Positions 9,162-17,929 of a stretch of 39,390 bases of DNA are shown piece by piece. The notes under the pieces were generated by a model. The model ran no database searches and was not told the origin of the DNA. It saw nothing but the letters and a program-made list of their open reading frames with translations. The position numbers and the translations under genes are program-made. Position 1 is the first letter of the stretch; each line of letters begins with the position of its first letter. Source of the stretch: Thermodesulfobacteriota bacterium (lineage in GTDB: Bacteria; Desulfobacterota; SM23-61); contig JASEHN010000001.1 of assembly GCA_030018715.1 (NCBI GenBank), positions 1 to 39,390 on the forward strand, read 5' to 3'.

Positions 9162-10451
9162 ATGCGTAAACCCATCACCGCTCGCGGCTTCCGGGGGATG
9201 AACAACCTCCCGGATGCTCCGGCGCATCTACTGGATGATGAACGCCGGATCACCCCCACTATCGCTCTCAACGTGGAGGTCACGGATGGTGGAGTTCTCC
9301 TAAAGCGCCCGGGGTTCGCCCGAAAGGTGGTCCTGGTCGGCTGTCATTCCATATGGGCCGGAAGCGTCATGTTGTGTGTGGCCGGCGGTGAACTTTGCCG
9401 GGTCGAGGGGATTGCCGTCTCAGAACTTTGCGGGGTCACCGGCCCATCGGCCAGGGTGAACTATGCGGAGATCGACAGCCTGGTCTATATGGGCAACCCA
9501 TACTGGACAGGGGTCTATGACCGGGTCCGGGACGCCGTGCGCCCCTGGGGGGTGCCTCTCCCTCCGGCCCCGGACATTGGCCTGGCCGCTGGAGACCTGC
9601 CGCCGGGGCGGTATAGCCTCTGCTATACCACGATCCAAGGCGACTCCCTGAGCGGCAACGGCCCCATCATGCAGGTGGCTTGGGAAGGTATGGCCCAGGG
9701 GATTCAGTTGAAGAACCTGGGAGACGACCATCTCTGCTGGATCACCCATCCAGACGGCGGGGACCTCTTTCTGGCTGACGTGGACGGCCTGGACCAGATC
9801 ACCGGCCAGGCCCCCTCTATTGAACGCCTGCCGACCCTGGGGGTGAACCCGCCCCCGGGGTTCACCCATTTCAGACACGCCTTCGGGCGTATTTGGGGGG
9901 CGAGTGGGAGAAAGCTGCTCTACTCCGAACCCTTTCAATATGAGTGGTTCAAGGCGGGCAACTTCCTCCCCTTCCTGGAGGACCTGGCGCTGGTGGCCCC
10001 GGTATCTGGGGGGCTGTTCGTCAACTCCACGAGGTCCACCTGGTTCCTGGGGGGGACTAACCCGGCCAAGATGACCATCAACCGGATTGGCGATGGGGCG
10101 ATCCCCGGGACCTTGACCATGACCCAGGTGGAGGGGGGCGGCTACGAGATCAGCAAGAAGGCCACCCAACTGCCTACGCCGGTGTGGCTTTCTAAGCATG
10201 GCTTCGTGGCGGGAACCCATTCGGGCCATCTGGTCCACCTGACGGGAGCCAGGCTCAAGCTGCTGCCCCGGAGCCAGGGGTCTGCCTTCTACCGGGTTCG
10301 AGACGGCATTCCGCAGATCATCGCTTCTTTAGGGGGACACCCCCTCAAGGCTGAGGGGGACGATCTTCAAGAGATATTCACCAATGGCAGGCTGTTCGTG
10401 CCGAAACCCCTGGCCGTTATCGGTAGCGGTGGGGTCACTATCAGCAACTAA
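9162..10451 (+). CDS. Hypothetical structural protein (429 aa)
   Basis: GGAGAGG RBS. Beta-rich sequence. No motif recognised. Confidence 0.7.
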   Translation: MRKPITARGFRGMNNLPDAPAHLLDDERRITPTIALNVEVTDGGVLLKRPGFARKVVLVGCHSIWAGSVMLCVAGGELCRVEGIAVSELCGVTGPSARVNYAEIDSLVYMGNPYWTGVYDRVRDAVRPWGVPLPPAPDIGLAAGDLPPGRYSLCYTTIQGDSLSGNGPIMQVAWEGMAQGIQLKNLGDDHLCWITHPDGGDLFLADVDGLDQITGQAPSIERLPTLGVNPPPGFTHFRHAFGRIWGASGRKLLYSEPFQYEWFKAGNFLPFLEDLALVAPVSGGLFVNSTRSTWFLGGTNPAKMTINRIGDGAIPGTLTMTQVEGGGYEISKKATQLPTPVWLSKHGFVAGTHSGHLVHLTGARLKLLPRSQGSAFYRVRDGIPQIIASLGGHPLKAEGDDLQEIFTNGRLFVPKPLAVIGSGGVTISN

Positions 10452-10462
10452 GGAGAAGTCCC

Positions 10463-11149
10463 ATGGCCATCTATGTACCGAATGTTGGGGAAAAAGAACT
10501 GCTCAAGGACATTCTGCTGACCCAGGCCCTCATCCTGGGGCTTTACAAAAACCCGATTATCCCGGACGGCAATACCACCTTCGACACCCTGGAGGAGCTG
10601 CCTTCCGGCGGGGGCCGGGGCTATGCCGCCAAGGCCCTGAGCAACGTCCTGATTGTGAGCGCCGCCGCCGCTGACAAGTGGTTCGTATCCACCAATGCGG
10701 CCGGGAAGGCCGAGGCGCAGTATTCCAATGCCGCCCTGGAATGGGTCTTTGCGGCGGCGGATGTGGCCGATGTCAACACCGTTTACGGCATCTTTGGTTA
10801 TACGCTGGTGCTCCCCTTCGATGCCGGGTCCGGCGAGATCAGGGTGGGGGATACCGTCACCGGCCTTGCTTCCGGGGCTACCGGCGTGGCGACCGGGGTG
10901 GTCTTGCTCTCCGGGGCCTGGTCCGGGACCGCTGCGGGCTACCTCTGCATCAAGACCAAGACCGGCACTTTCCAGAACGATGAGAACCTCCAGGTGGGCG
11001 GGGTTACCAAGGCCGTGTCCGACACCGGGGCCACGGGGGACGCCCACAAGAAGTTGGTGTTCGTGGAATCCTTCTCCGGGGGGCAGAAGATCGACACGGT
11101 GGGGCAGAAGATCACCTACGTCCCCAAGATCACCCTGGCGACCGCGTAA
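10463..11149 (+). CDS. Structural protein, long member of a three-gene paralogue family
   Basis: Its N-terminus (GEKELLKDIL...LGLYKN...PSGGGRGYAAKAL) and C-terminus (KKLVFVESFSGGQKIDTVGQKITYVPKITLA) align by eye with 13515..13913 and 13976..14374. It carries an extra inserted GDTVTGLASGATGVATGVV... module. Confidence 0.75.
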   Translation: MAIYVPNVGEKELLKDILLTQALILGLYKNPIIPDGNTTFDTLEELPSGGGRGYAAKALSNVLIVSAAAADKWFVSTNAAGKAEAQYSNAALEWVFAAADVADVNTVYGIFGYTLVLPFDAGSGEIRVGDTVTGLASGATGVATGVVLLSGAWSGTAAGYLCIKTKTGTFQNDENLQVGGVTKAVSDTGATGDAHKKLVFVESFSGGQKIDTVGQKITYVPKITLATA

Positions 11150-12084
11150 TGGCCCTGAGCATCAAGACGAAGGATGATCGGGCCTACCGGCTCGATCATG
11201 AGGTGTTTGGCGATATTGCCAACACCGCCTTTGGGCAAGGGGAGATCGTGGACTTCGGTCAGGAGACCAAGAACCCCATGGTCCTGGATGACACTTGCAG
11301 GGTCAAGACGGAGGACGGCAAGGAGTTCGATGGGGTTCCCATTTTCTACCACTGCCGGAAAGGGTTTTACGATGAAGAAACGGCCACGAAAAGGCCCTCT
11401 GGCGCTCTCACCCGGGCGGCTTGGGCCTTTCGTAAAGGCCAAAAAGTGAAGGTCATGATCTACAAGGGGACGCCGGTATATGTCATAGGCCATTCCGATC
11501 CGCCCAGGAAGTGCCTGGACATATTCAAGATGACCCACAAGGAGTGGAATGGCAGACCGCACACACATTATATCCAATGCAGCAAGAGGGACGAATATTG
11601 TCCGATGGACGAAGTTGCGAAAGAACCGGACGACAAGCCCCTACTGATTACTGCTAAACAAGAAAGGATATTCGGTCAGAAAGAGGGTTTCGATGTTTTA
11701 ATGCTCATGTGGTTTTTCTTCGGGGATTATCTTATTAAAGTCGGCCCCATTATGTATATCTTGCAAGTCTGGAGCACCGGCTTTCCGATACCGGTAACAG
11801 TGGAAACAAGAATATTTGCCGCTTTATATGACGAAGAACATTATCAAGCAGCAGTTGATCATGGCAAAACAAAAGAAGGAAAATTTCCTTTTTATTTTTA
11901 TTTTGCGGCCCAACAATATTATCAAACTCATAAGAACGAATATGGGGGCTTCGGTTTTACTTTGCAGACGGATTTCTCCAACAGTCTCAAGAAACGATAT
12001 GCTGCAACTATCCCTGTAAGGTGGATCCATACCGAACTCTTTAGCCAGCACTGGCCGGATGATGAGGGGGAATTGCCGGAATGA
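11149..12084 (+). CDS. Hypothetical tail/fibre-region protein (311 aa) with a compositionally foreign C-terminal half
   Basis: Continuous ORF. From about nt 11560 onward the DNA becomes visibly AT-rich and the protein becomes rich in F/Y/K. Confidence 0.65.
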   Translation: MALSIKTKDDRAYRLDHEVFGDIANTAFGQGEIVDFGQETKNPMVLDDTCRVKTEDGKEFDGVPIFYHCRKGFYDEETATKRPSGALTRAAWAFRKGQKVKVMIYKGTPVYVIGHSDPPRKCLDIFKMTHKEWNGRPHTHYIQCSKRDEYCPMDEVAKEPDDKPLLITAKQERIFGQKEGFDVLMLMWFFFGDYLIKVGPIMYILQVWSTGFPIPVTVETRIFAALYDEEHYQAAVDHGKTKEGKFPFYFYFAAQQYYQTHKNEYGGFGFTLQTDFSNSLKKRYAATIPVRWIHTELFSQHWPDDEGELPE

Positions 12085-13496
12085 TACCTCAAACTAAAAA
12101 GAAGTGCTCCACTGAGGGACATCTGAACTTCCGCACCATGTTGAGGATGCTCCGGGATACGGACACGGAACTCTTTAACATGGCGGCCACCATCGTCTCT
12201 CATGACAACTGGCATACCATCCTGGACACCCTGGAGGAAATGAGGCCGGAGCTTCTGGCCGACCTTTCTTTGTTCTTGGAGGCCGCCGGCAAGAGGGAAG
12301 AGTATGTCATTCAGGATGAAGAGGCGGTGCCGGTCAAAGGTCGTCTTCGGGAGATCGCCAAGGAACTCCAGGCCACCTACAAGTGCGACGTGGGGTTCCT
12401 GGAGGCCCCGACAGCCAAGACCGTAACCGTCTATTTACGGCATCCAGAGACAATCATCGGGTTGCCCCAAGAGGTCATGCGCCAATCAAACCGCATCTGC
12501 AAGGACCTGGGGAGTAAGCGCAAATGGACCTTCGGTTTTGATAACCGCATCTTCATCTGCGACCTGATGCCGGATGCCATCGAGGAGCTTCGGAAGAATC
12601 CGATGGTGGAGAAGATAGAGGTGGAAGACGCCGTGGCTTATGTCATGGCCAACTGCATCCCCCCTTATGACCCCCTTATTGAACGCATGGATTGGGGGGT
12701 TGAAAGGATTAAGCCCCTCAATGCCTGGGGCAAGGGACTCTACGGTCGGGGGGTGAAGTTGTGTGTCCTCGACACCGGCATTAAAACCGACCATCCCGAG
12801 TTCAGCGACAACGAGGGGCGGAATGTTTATAAAGGGGGCTGGAATTTTGTTGCCAACAACAATGCCCCCTGGGACGACCATGACCATGGCACTTATTGTG
12901 CCGGCATTGCGGTGGCCCAGCACGACAATGGCCCCGGCTACAAAGGGGTCGCGCCCTTCGTTGACTTTTATGCGTGCAAGGTTTTAGACGCCAAGGGGAG
13001 CGGTTCTTTGAATAATATCGCTGCCGCTATCGATTGGTGCCGCACCTACAAAATGAACATTATCAGCATGAGCCTGGGGGCCACCGGCGGGGCCTCAGTC
13101 CTCCAAGCGGCTTGCGACAACGCCTGGCATGCCGGGCTGATCCTCTTGGCGGCGGCGGGCAATTCCGGCCCCCGCCCCAACACCGTCAACTGGCCTGCCA
13201 TGTATGAGTCCTGCGTGGCAGTGGGGGCCATTGATTATGACGAGTATGTCTGTTCTTTCTCCAGTCGGGGGCCACAAGTGGAAGTGGTGGCCCCTGGCCG
13301 ATATATTACCGGTCCTTGGGCTGGTTTTACCTACAAGGATTATGCGACCCCGGATAAAAAATATATGTGCGCCTCCGGCACTTCGGCGTCTACCCCCCAT
13401 GTGGCGGCGGCAGCAGCTTTAATCAAATGCTGGTATCCCATGATGACCAATGCGGAAATCCGGCAATGGTTAAGAAACCATTGCAAAGACTTGTAA
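12081..13496 (+). CDS. Subtilisin-like serine protease (peptidase S8) with an N-terminal extension and propeptide
   Basis: Catalytic triad motifs occur in the canonical order: VLDTGI (Asp231), HGTYCAGIA (His269), SGTSASTPHVAAAAALI (Ser438). The AAAGNSGP oxyanion region is present. An I9-like propeptide pattern (...AIEELRKNPMVEKIEVEDAVAYV) lies upstream. Confidence 0.85.
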   Translation: MIPQTKKKCSTEGHLNFRTMLRMLRDTDTELFNMAATIVSHDNWHTILDTLEEMRPELLADLSLFLEAAGKREEYVIQDEEAVPVKGRLREIAKELQATYKCDVGFLEAPTAKTVTVYLRHPETIIGLPQEVMRQSNRICKDLGSKRKWTFGFDNRIFICDLMPDAIEELRKNPMVEKIEVEDAVAYVMANCIPPYDPLIERMDWGVERIKPLNAWGKGLYGRGVKLCVLDTGIKTDHPEFSDNEGRNVYKGGWNFVANNNAPWDDHDHGTYCAGIAVAQHDNGPGYKGVAPFVDFYACKVLDAKGSGSLNNIAAAIDWCRTYKMNIISMSLGATGGASVLQAACDNAWHAGLILLAAAGNSGPRPNTVNWPAMYESCVAVGAIDYDEYVCSFSSRGPQVEVVAPGRYITGPWAGFTYKDYATPDKKYMCASGTSASTPHVAAAAALIKCWYPMMTNAEIRQWLRNHCKDL

Positions 13497-13514
13497 GAAA
13501 AGGAGGCAAGGGAC

Positions 13515-13913
13515 ATGGCTGGCAAATGGTGTGATGAGGGCGAAAATAACATTCTGGATTGCTACCTGAAAGGGACGGCAAGGCCGAGCTTCTATCTGTT
13601 TCTCTATACCAACGCCACGGAACCGGCGGAAGCCGCTCTGATGACCGGCATCACGGAGCCGTCCGGGAATGGTTATGCTCGGATTGGACTGGCGGATGCC
13701 GACTGGACCCTGGCGGCCGATGCCGCTACGCAGCTCCAGAAAACCTTTACCGCGGCCGGGGGCGTCTGGGGCAACGTCTATGGGTATGGCATCACCACCG
13801 CCCTCACCGGGACCGCCGGCAAGCTCATCTGTGCGGAACAGTTCTCGGACGGCCCCTACAACGTCCAGGACGGCGGCTCCGTCAAGGTCACCGCCAAGAT
13901 CACCGCAGCCTAA
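13515..13913 (+). CDS. Small structural paralogue A (132 aa)
   Basis: AAAGGAGG RBS. Shares the pattern GE.N.L...L....LY.N..P....L..I.E.SG.GYAR..L....W......F.A.GG.WG.V.G.....GKL...E.F with 13976..14374 and 10463..11149. Confidence 0.75.
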   Translation: MAGKWCDEGENNILDCYLKGTARPSFYLFLYTNATEPAEAALMTGITEPSGNGYARIGLADADWTLAADAATQLQKTFTAAGGVWGNVYGYGITTALTGTAGKLICAEQFSDGPYNVQDGGSVKVTAKITAA

Positions 13914-13975
13914 CCCGGGTGTTCCGGCATCTCCCCTCGGGGTATCGGGATACCCAACATCATCTGAGGTGAGAT

Positions 13976-14374
13976 ATGTCCACTGCCCTCCTCTTAGCAG
14001 AAGGAAGAAACCGGATTCTCGGCATCCTCTTTGGGAGCACCGGCGTTGACAGTTCCCTCTATGTGGGACTTTATCGAAACGCGGCGCGACCCGCAGACAA
14101 TGCCGTCCTGGCCGACCTCTCAGAAGTATCGGGTCCTGGATATGCCCGGCGGCGCCTTTACCGGGGCAGTTGGACGGTCGATGGCAGCCAGGCCACCTAC
14201 GCTATTCAGACCTTCCTGGCTTCGGGAGGTCATTGGGGTTATGTCACCGGCTTCTTCCTGGCAACCACAGTGAATAATAGCGGCAAGCTCCTGGCGGTAG
14301 AGCATTTCGACAACGCCTTCAATATTGTGGATGGCAAGGGGCTGAAAGTCCAACCTCAGATGGTACTGACGTAG
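13976..14374 (+). CDS. Small structural paralogue B (132 aa)
   Basis: Same length and same motif pattern as 13515..13913. Confidence 0.75.
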   Translation: MSTALLLAEGRNRILGILFGSTGVDSSLYVGLYRNAARPADNAVLADLSEVSGPGYARRRLYRGSWTVDGSQATYAIQTFLASGGHWGYVTGFFLATTVNNSGKLLAVEHFDNAFNIVDGKGLKVQPQMVLT

Positions 14375-14384
14375 GAGAAATATC

Positions 14385-15386
14385 ATGGCGCTCGCATGGG
14401 CTTCCGGGGCGGAGTTGGGGCTGGCCAATTTGGAGCTTACCAATTATGGCGGGGGTACCCAAATATGGAATATTAACAGCACCGATAAGCGAACCGGGGC
14501 TTATTGCTTCCGCACTTATGGCAGCGCGGACTATCTCCACAAAGTCCTTGATTCCGCCCTTTCGGAGTTCTACCTGCAATTCGCCAACAAGGGTGGAGGG
14601 ATAAACAGGGTTGCCTTTAAATGGCGAAAGGGAACAACTGTCCTCGGCACTCTAAAAATAAACACCGCTGGCAAATTTGAGTTATATACCGGGGATTCCG
14701 TCACCCTTGTTGCCACTGGCACTGCCACCTTCAACACTGACGTCTGGACATTACTTGAACTCTATATCAAAATCGCTGATTCCGGTGGGGTGCTTACACT
14801 AAGGGTCAATGGCATCTCTGATGCTTCCTTTACTGGAGACACTAAACCTGGGACCGATACTACCGTTGACAGCCTCTTTTGGGCGGGCACGTCTAATGCT
14901 GTCTATGTTTATATCGACGATATTATCCTCTTCGACACTACCGGCACCGTGAACAACTCTTGGCCCAACAACCTGAAGGTCGGCTTACTGCAAGCTAATG
15001 GGGCCGGGAATTCCACTCAATGGACTCCATCTGCGGGAAGCAATTGGAGCTGCGTCTATGCAATCCCGCCCTCTGACGTCGATTATGTCAAGGTTAATGT
15101 GGTGGACCGGATCGACCTTTATACCTTGGGGGATTTACCCGCCGAGGCCAAGGGCATCCACGCTCTTTTTCTTACTGCCAGGGCCAGTAAAGAAGGGGCG
15201 CCTAATGTCAACAATCTGCAATTGGCTCTCCGCACCGGCGGGGCCAATTATTTTTCAGCGAGCAAGGCCCTCCCGACGGTGCCGGGGATGCTGGTTAATA
15301 TCTGGGAACAGAACCCAGGGACGGCCGCAGGCTGGCAGGCAAGTGAAGTCAATGCCCTGGAAATCGGGCTGAAATCCATCGCTTAA
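14385..15386 (+). CDS. Jelly-roll (concanavalin-A/LamG-like) fibre or receptor-binding protein (333 aa)
   Basis: The beta-sandwich pattern ...W.LLELYIKIADSGGVLTLRVNGISDASFTGDT...VYVYIDDIILFD is typical of lectin/LamG-type jelly rolls. GC content is lower than in the head genes. Confidence 0.7.
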   Translation: MALAWASGAELGLANLELTNYGGGTQIWNINSTDKRTGAYCFRTYGSADYLHKVLDSALSEFYLQFANKGGGINRVAFKWRKGTTVLGTLKINTAGKFELYTGDSVTLVATGTATFNTDVWTLLELYIKIADSGGVLTLRVNGISDASFTGDTKPGTDTTVDSLFWAGTSNAVYVYIDDIILFDTTGTVNNSWPNNLKVGLLQANGAGNSTQWTPSAGSNWSCVYAIPPSDVDYVKVNVVDRIDLYTLGDLPAEAKGIHALFLTARASKEGAPNVNNLQLALRTGGANYFSASKALPTVPGMLVNIWEQNPGTAAGWQASEVNALEIGLKSIA

Positions 15387-15398
15387 GGGGCCGGCCCA

Positions 15399-17927
15399 AT
15401 GCCCAACGATTTTTCTTCTACCCCTTCCTGTAAGGCCCTTTGGCGTTTTGAATCGGGAGCTTTACCCGCCGATTCTAAAGGCACGAATACCCTCACAGCA
15501 GTAAACACCCCCACCGAAGACACTACTATCAAAAAAGAAGGTGGCTGCGCCGCGGTCTTAGCTTCCGCCAGCAAGCAATTCTTCAAAATTACTGACGCCG
15601 CCATGGACGCCGGTTTCCCCATGAAAACCGGGGACACCACCAAGCAAATCTCTATTTGTGGATGGGTAAGGCTGACTGGTTTGGGTGTTTCCGGCCTTAT
15701 TGGGAAGGCCAAGGTCACAGCCGACCAATATTGCATCGGTTTTGCCCTGAGTTCCGCCGGCAACCTGCTGATCCAATGGGGGACGGACGGCCTGATTGAT
15801 ACCAGTTTTGGCTTTAACCAAACCAGATGGTATCATGTGGCCCTGGTTGCCGACTGCCTCAACAAATTGCTTTATGTCAGATGGTATGATGACACAACCG
15901 GCATAGTTTATTCGTTCTCTCCCCCTCCTGGCAGAATCACCACAGAAGTTACACCAGGGAGCCTTGAATTTCGGATTGGGGCCAAGACCGATTCCGATAC
16001 TACTCAGACTTTCAACGGCAGAGTTGATGAAGTCGTAGTCTTCGCCGGCCTCCTCGGCCCGGAGGAAATTGATAAGATTAGGGCCGCCACCTTCGCTTCT
16101 ATAACTGATGAGGCAATAGTTCTTGCCCTTAATGCCCAGGCGCTTTATCTCGGAGACACTCAGGCTAATGTTTACGGACTTCATGCCCAGGTTCTTTATG
16201 ACAACATCCCTCGCTACACCGGCGGCCTGACGGTTGCCGCAACCCCCAACTCCACCTATTTCCGAGACCCCATATTTTACACCGGCGACCTGACCGTTGC
16301 CCTGACTCCCAATTCTGGCTATGTCGAATGCTGGGCTTATACCGGCGACACTACTGTATCTTTAACGCCGACCTCAGAAGCAATCTGCACGAGATTTTAT
16401 AATGGGGATGTGCCTGTTTCTATCACACCGCTCTCTCTCTTTACCTATGACGGTCCCTCAGTCAAATCATATGATGGCAATATTGGCATTTCCGCTACCC
16501 CCAATAGTAATTCCTGGTGGGATAAAGCTTTCGTTGGCGGCATCACAGTTTCTCTTTCCCCTGCTTGCGAGACGATATGGGGTCGGACTTATGTGGGCGG
16601 CCTTATTGTTAGTCCTGCACCAGAATCCACTTATTTTGAATATCCGCCGATAGAATATACGGGCCATTTAACTTTGGCCATTTCTCCTATTTCTACTTAT
16701 TATAAATATCAACTCCCCACCGCATTAGGCAGTATTAAAGTCGCCTTAACCCCCACCTCTAAATGGATGGTGCCGATTATTGGCCGGGACAACAATACCG
16801 GCTACGGCCTTATCGACCTGACGGCCCTCCAAGAGGACCCGCCTTTCTACTGCGCTGTTGCCCCGATCCTCATGCACCTTGACCCCACGGCGGCCTCCGT
16901 CGAGCCATACAGGGAGCTTAACATCCTTGGAGATGGTGGAGTGGTCCTTGGTGGCGCCGGGGTTATCGCTTTTGAGGCCCCCAACCAACTCAATGTGGTC
17001 GGGGACGGCGGTATTGAAGTTGCCGTGGCCGGGGTTATCGCCTTCCTGAAGCCGAAAAGCCATGCTTCTGTCGGTTCTGGCGGAGTGAGGGTTGCTGGGG
17101 CCGGGGTTATCGAGTTCGTGGCCCCGGGGGCGGATGAGGGCCTTGCTTACGAAGTCGTGGGGTCCGGCGGGGTCGAGGTCGCCGGGGCCGGAACGGTCCA
17201 GGCCACCAGACCGAAAATTTATGCCCTGGCGGCGACTGGCGGTCTCAAGATAGGCGGCTTCCAGGTCCCCGAGGTTGTTATCACCCGACCCACCACGACC
17301 GATCTGGCCCCGAGCGCCGGGCCTGTGGTCCTGGAGGTATCCGGGGCGGGGGCGCTCACCATATCCCGGCCTGAGACCTATGAGGTTCCCGAGGCCCTGG
17401 TGGTCCTGGAGCTTGGCGGCGCCGGCGGGATCACCTTTATCAAGCCCACGGCACTCGTTTTGATTGCCGAGGGCGGGGTGATTGTGGAAGCAGCAGAGGA
17501 AGTGGCCGAAGATTATGAGACCTGGGTCCTAACCGGGACGGCCATGGAGCCCTCTGTCTTTAGCGGCTTCCATTTCAACTCGTATGTGGAGTATCAGGGC
17601 AGATATTATGCGGCCGCAAGCGATGGCATCTACATATTGGAGGGGGAGGATGACGCCGGACGGCCAATTCATACCGGAGCAAGGATCGGCCCACACAATT
17701 TCGGCACGGATAAGGACAAGCGCCTTCGCACTATCCGCCTGGGGAATTGTGGGGACCAGGCCCAGGTGAGGGTCGAGGCCGGAGATGGGGTCGGCTACTA
17801 TGAGGCTGATCGTGGGCGGGTGGCCGTGGGCCGGAGTTTGCAAGACCGTGAGATCACCGTGGACATAGCCGACTTTGACCGACTGGCCCAGGTGGAGATC
17901 ACCCCCCTGGTGATGGTCAAGAGGTAG
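15399..17927 (+). CDS. Tail fibre/spike-like protein: N-terminal LamG domain, two peptide-repeat arrays, and a C-terminal globular domain (842 aa)
   Basis: LamG signature (RWYHVALVAD...FNGRVDEVVVFAGLLGPEEIDKI). About 9 repeats of Y-T-G-x-L-T-V-x-L-T-P-x-S follow, then about 8 repeats of G-[DS]-G-G-[VI]-x-V-x-G-A-G-V-I-x-F-x-x-P. Confidence 0.85.
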   Translation: MPNDFSSTPSCKALWRFESGALPADSKGTNTLTAVNTPTEDTTIKKEGGCAAVLASASKQFFKITDAAMDAGFPMKTGDTTKQISICGWVRLTGLGVSGLIGKAKVTADQYCIGFALSSAGNLLIQWGTDGLIDTSFGFNQTRWYHVALVADCLNKLLYVRWYDDTTGIVYSFSPPPGRITTEVTPGSLEFRIGAKTDSDTTQTFNGRVDEVVVFAGLLGPEEIDKIRAATFASITDEAIVLALNAQALYLGDTQANVYGLHAQVLYDNIPRYTGGLTVAATPNSTYFRDPIFYTGDLTVALTPNSGYVECWAYTGDTTVSLTPTSEAICTRFYNGDVPVSITPLSLFTYDGPSVKSYDGNIGISATPNSNSWWDKAFVGGITVSLSPACETIWGRTYVGGLIVSPAPESTYFEYPPIEYTGHLTLAISPISTYYKYQLPTALGSIKVALTPTSKWMVPIIGRDNNTGYGLIDLTALQEDPPFYCAVAPILMHLDPTAASVEPYRELNILGDGGVVLGGAGVIAFEAPNQLNVVGDGGIEVAVAGVIAFLKPKSHASVGSGGVRVAGAGVIEFVAPGADEGLAYEVVGSGGVEVAGAGTVQATRPKIYALAATGGLKIGGFQVPEVVITRPTTTDLAPSAGPVVLEVSGAGALTISRPETYEVPEALVVLELGGAGGITFIKPTALVLIAEGGVIVEAAEEVAEDYETWVLTGTAMEPSVFSGFHFNSYVEYQGRYYAAASDGIYILEGEDDAGRPIHTGARIGPHNFGTDKDKRLRTIRLGNCGDQAQVRVEAGDGVGYYEADRGRVAVGRSLQDREITVDIADFDRLAQVEITPLVMVKR
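16215..16790 (+). repeat. In-frame tandem peptide repeats, about 19-24 codons each (YTGGLTVAATPNS-type), about 9 copies
   Basis: Read directly from the translation: YTGGLTVAATPNSTYF / YTGDLTVALTPNSGYV / YTGDTTVSLTPTSEAI / YNGDVPVSITPLS / YDGNIGISATPNS / VGGITVSLSPACE / YVGGLIVSPAPES / YTGHLTLAISPIS / LGSIKVALTPTS. Confidence 0.8.
16921..17500 (+). repeat. Second in-frame tandem repeat array (GDGGVxVxGAGVIxF-type), about 8 degenerate copies
   Basis: The nucleotide core GCCGGGGTTATCG recurs three times, with starts near 16959, 17028 and 17100. The peptide copies become progressively more degenerate toward 17500. Confidence 0.75.
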
Positions 17928-17929
17928 AG

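Noticed and set aside
13941-13954. The palindrome GGTATCGGGATACC between the two small paralogue genes, considered as a terminator or operator.
   Set aside because: The stem would enclose only a 2-nt loop and no T-tract follows. It is a single occurrence with no partner site.
16215-17500. Regular ~60-70-nt periodic repeats that could be mistaken for a CRISPR array or a satellite.
   Set aside because: They are in frame within one long ORF and are degenerate at the DNA level. They have no unique spacers and translate into coherent peptide repeats, so they are protein repeats and not an array.
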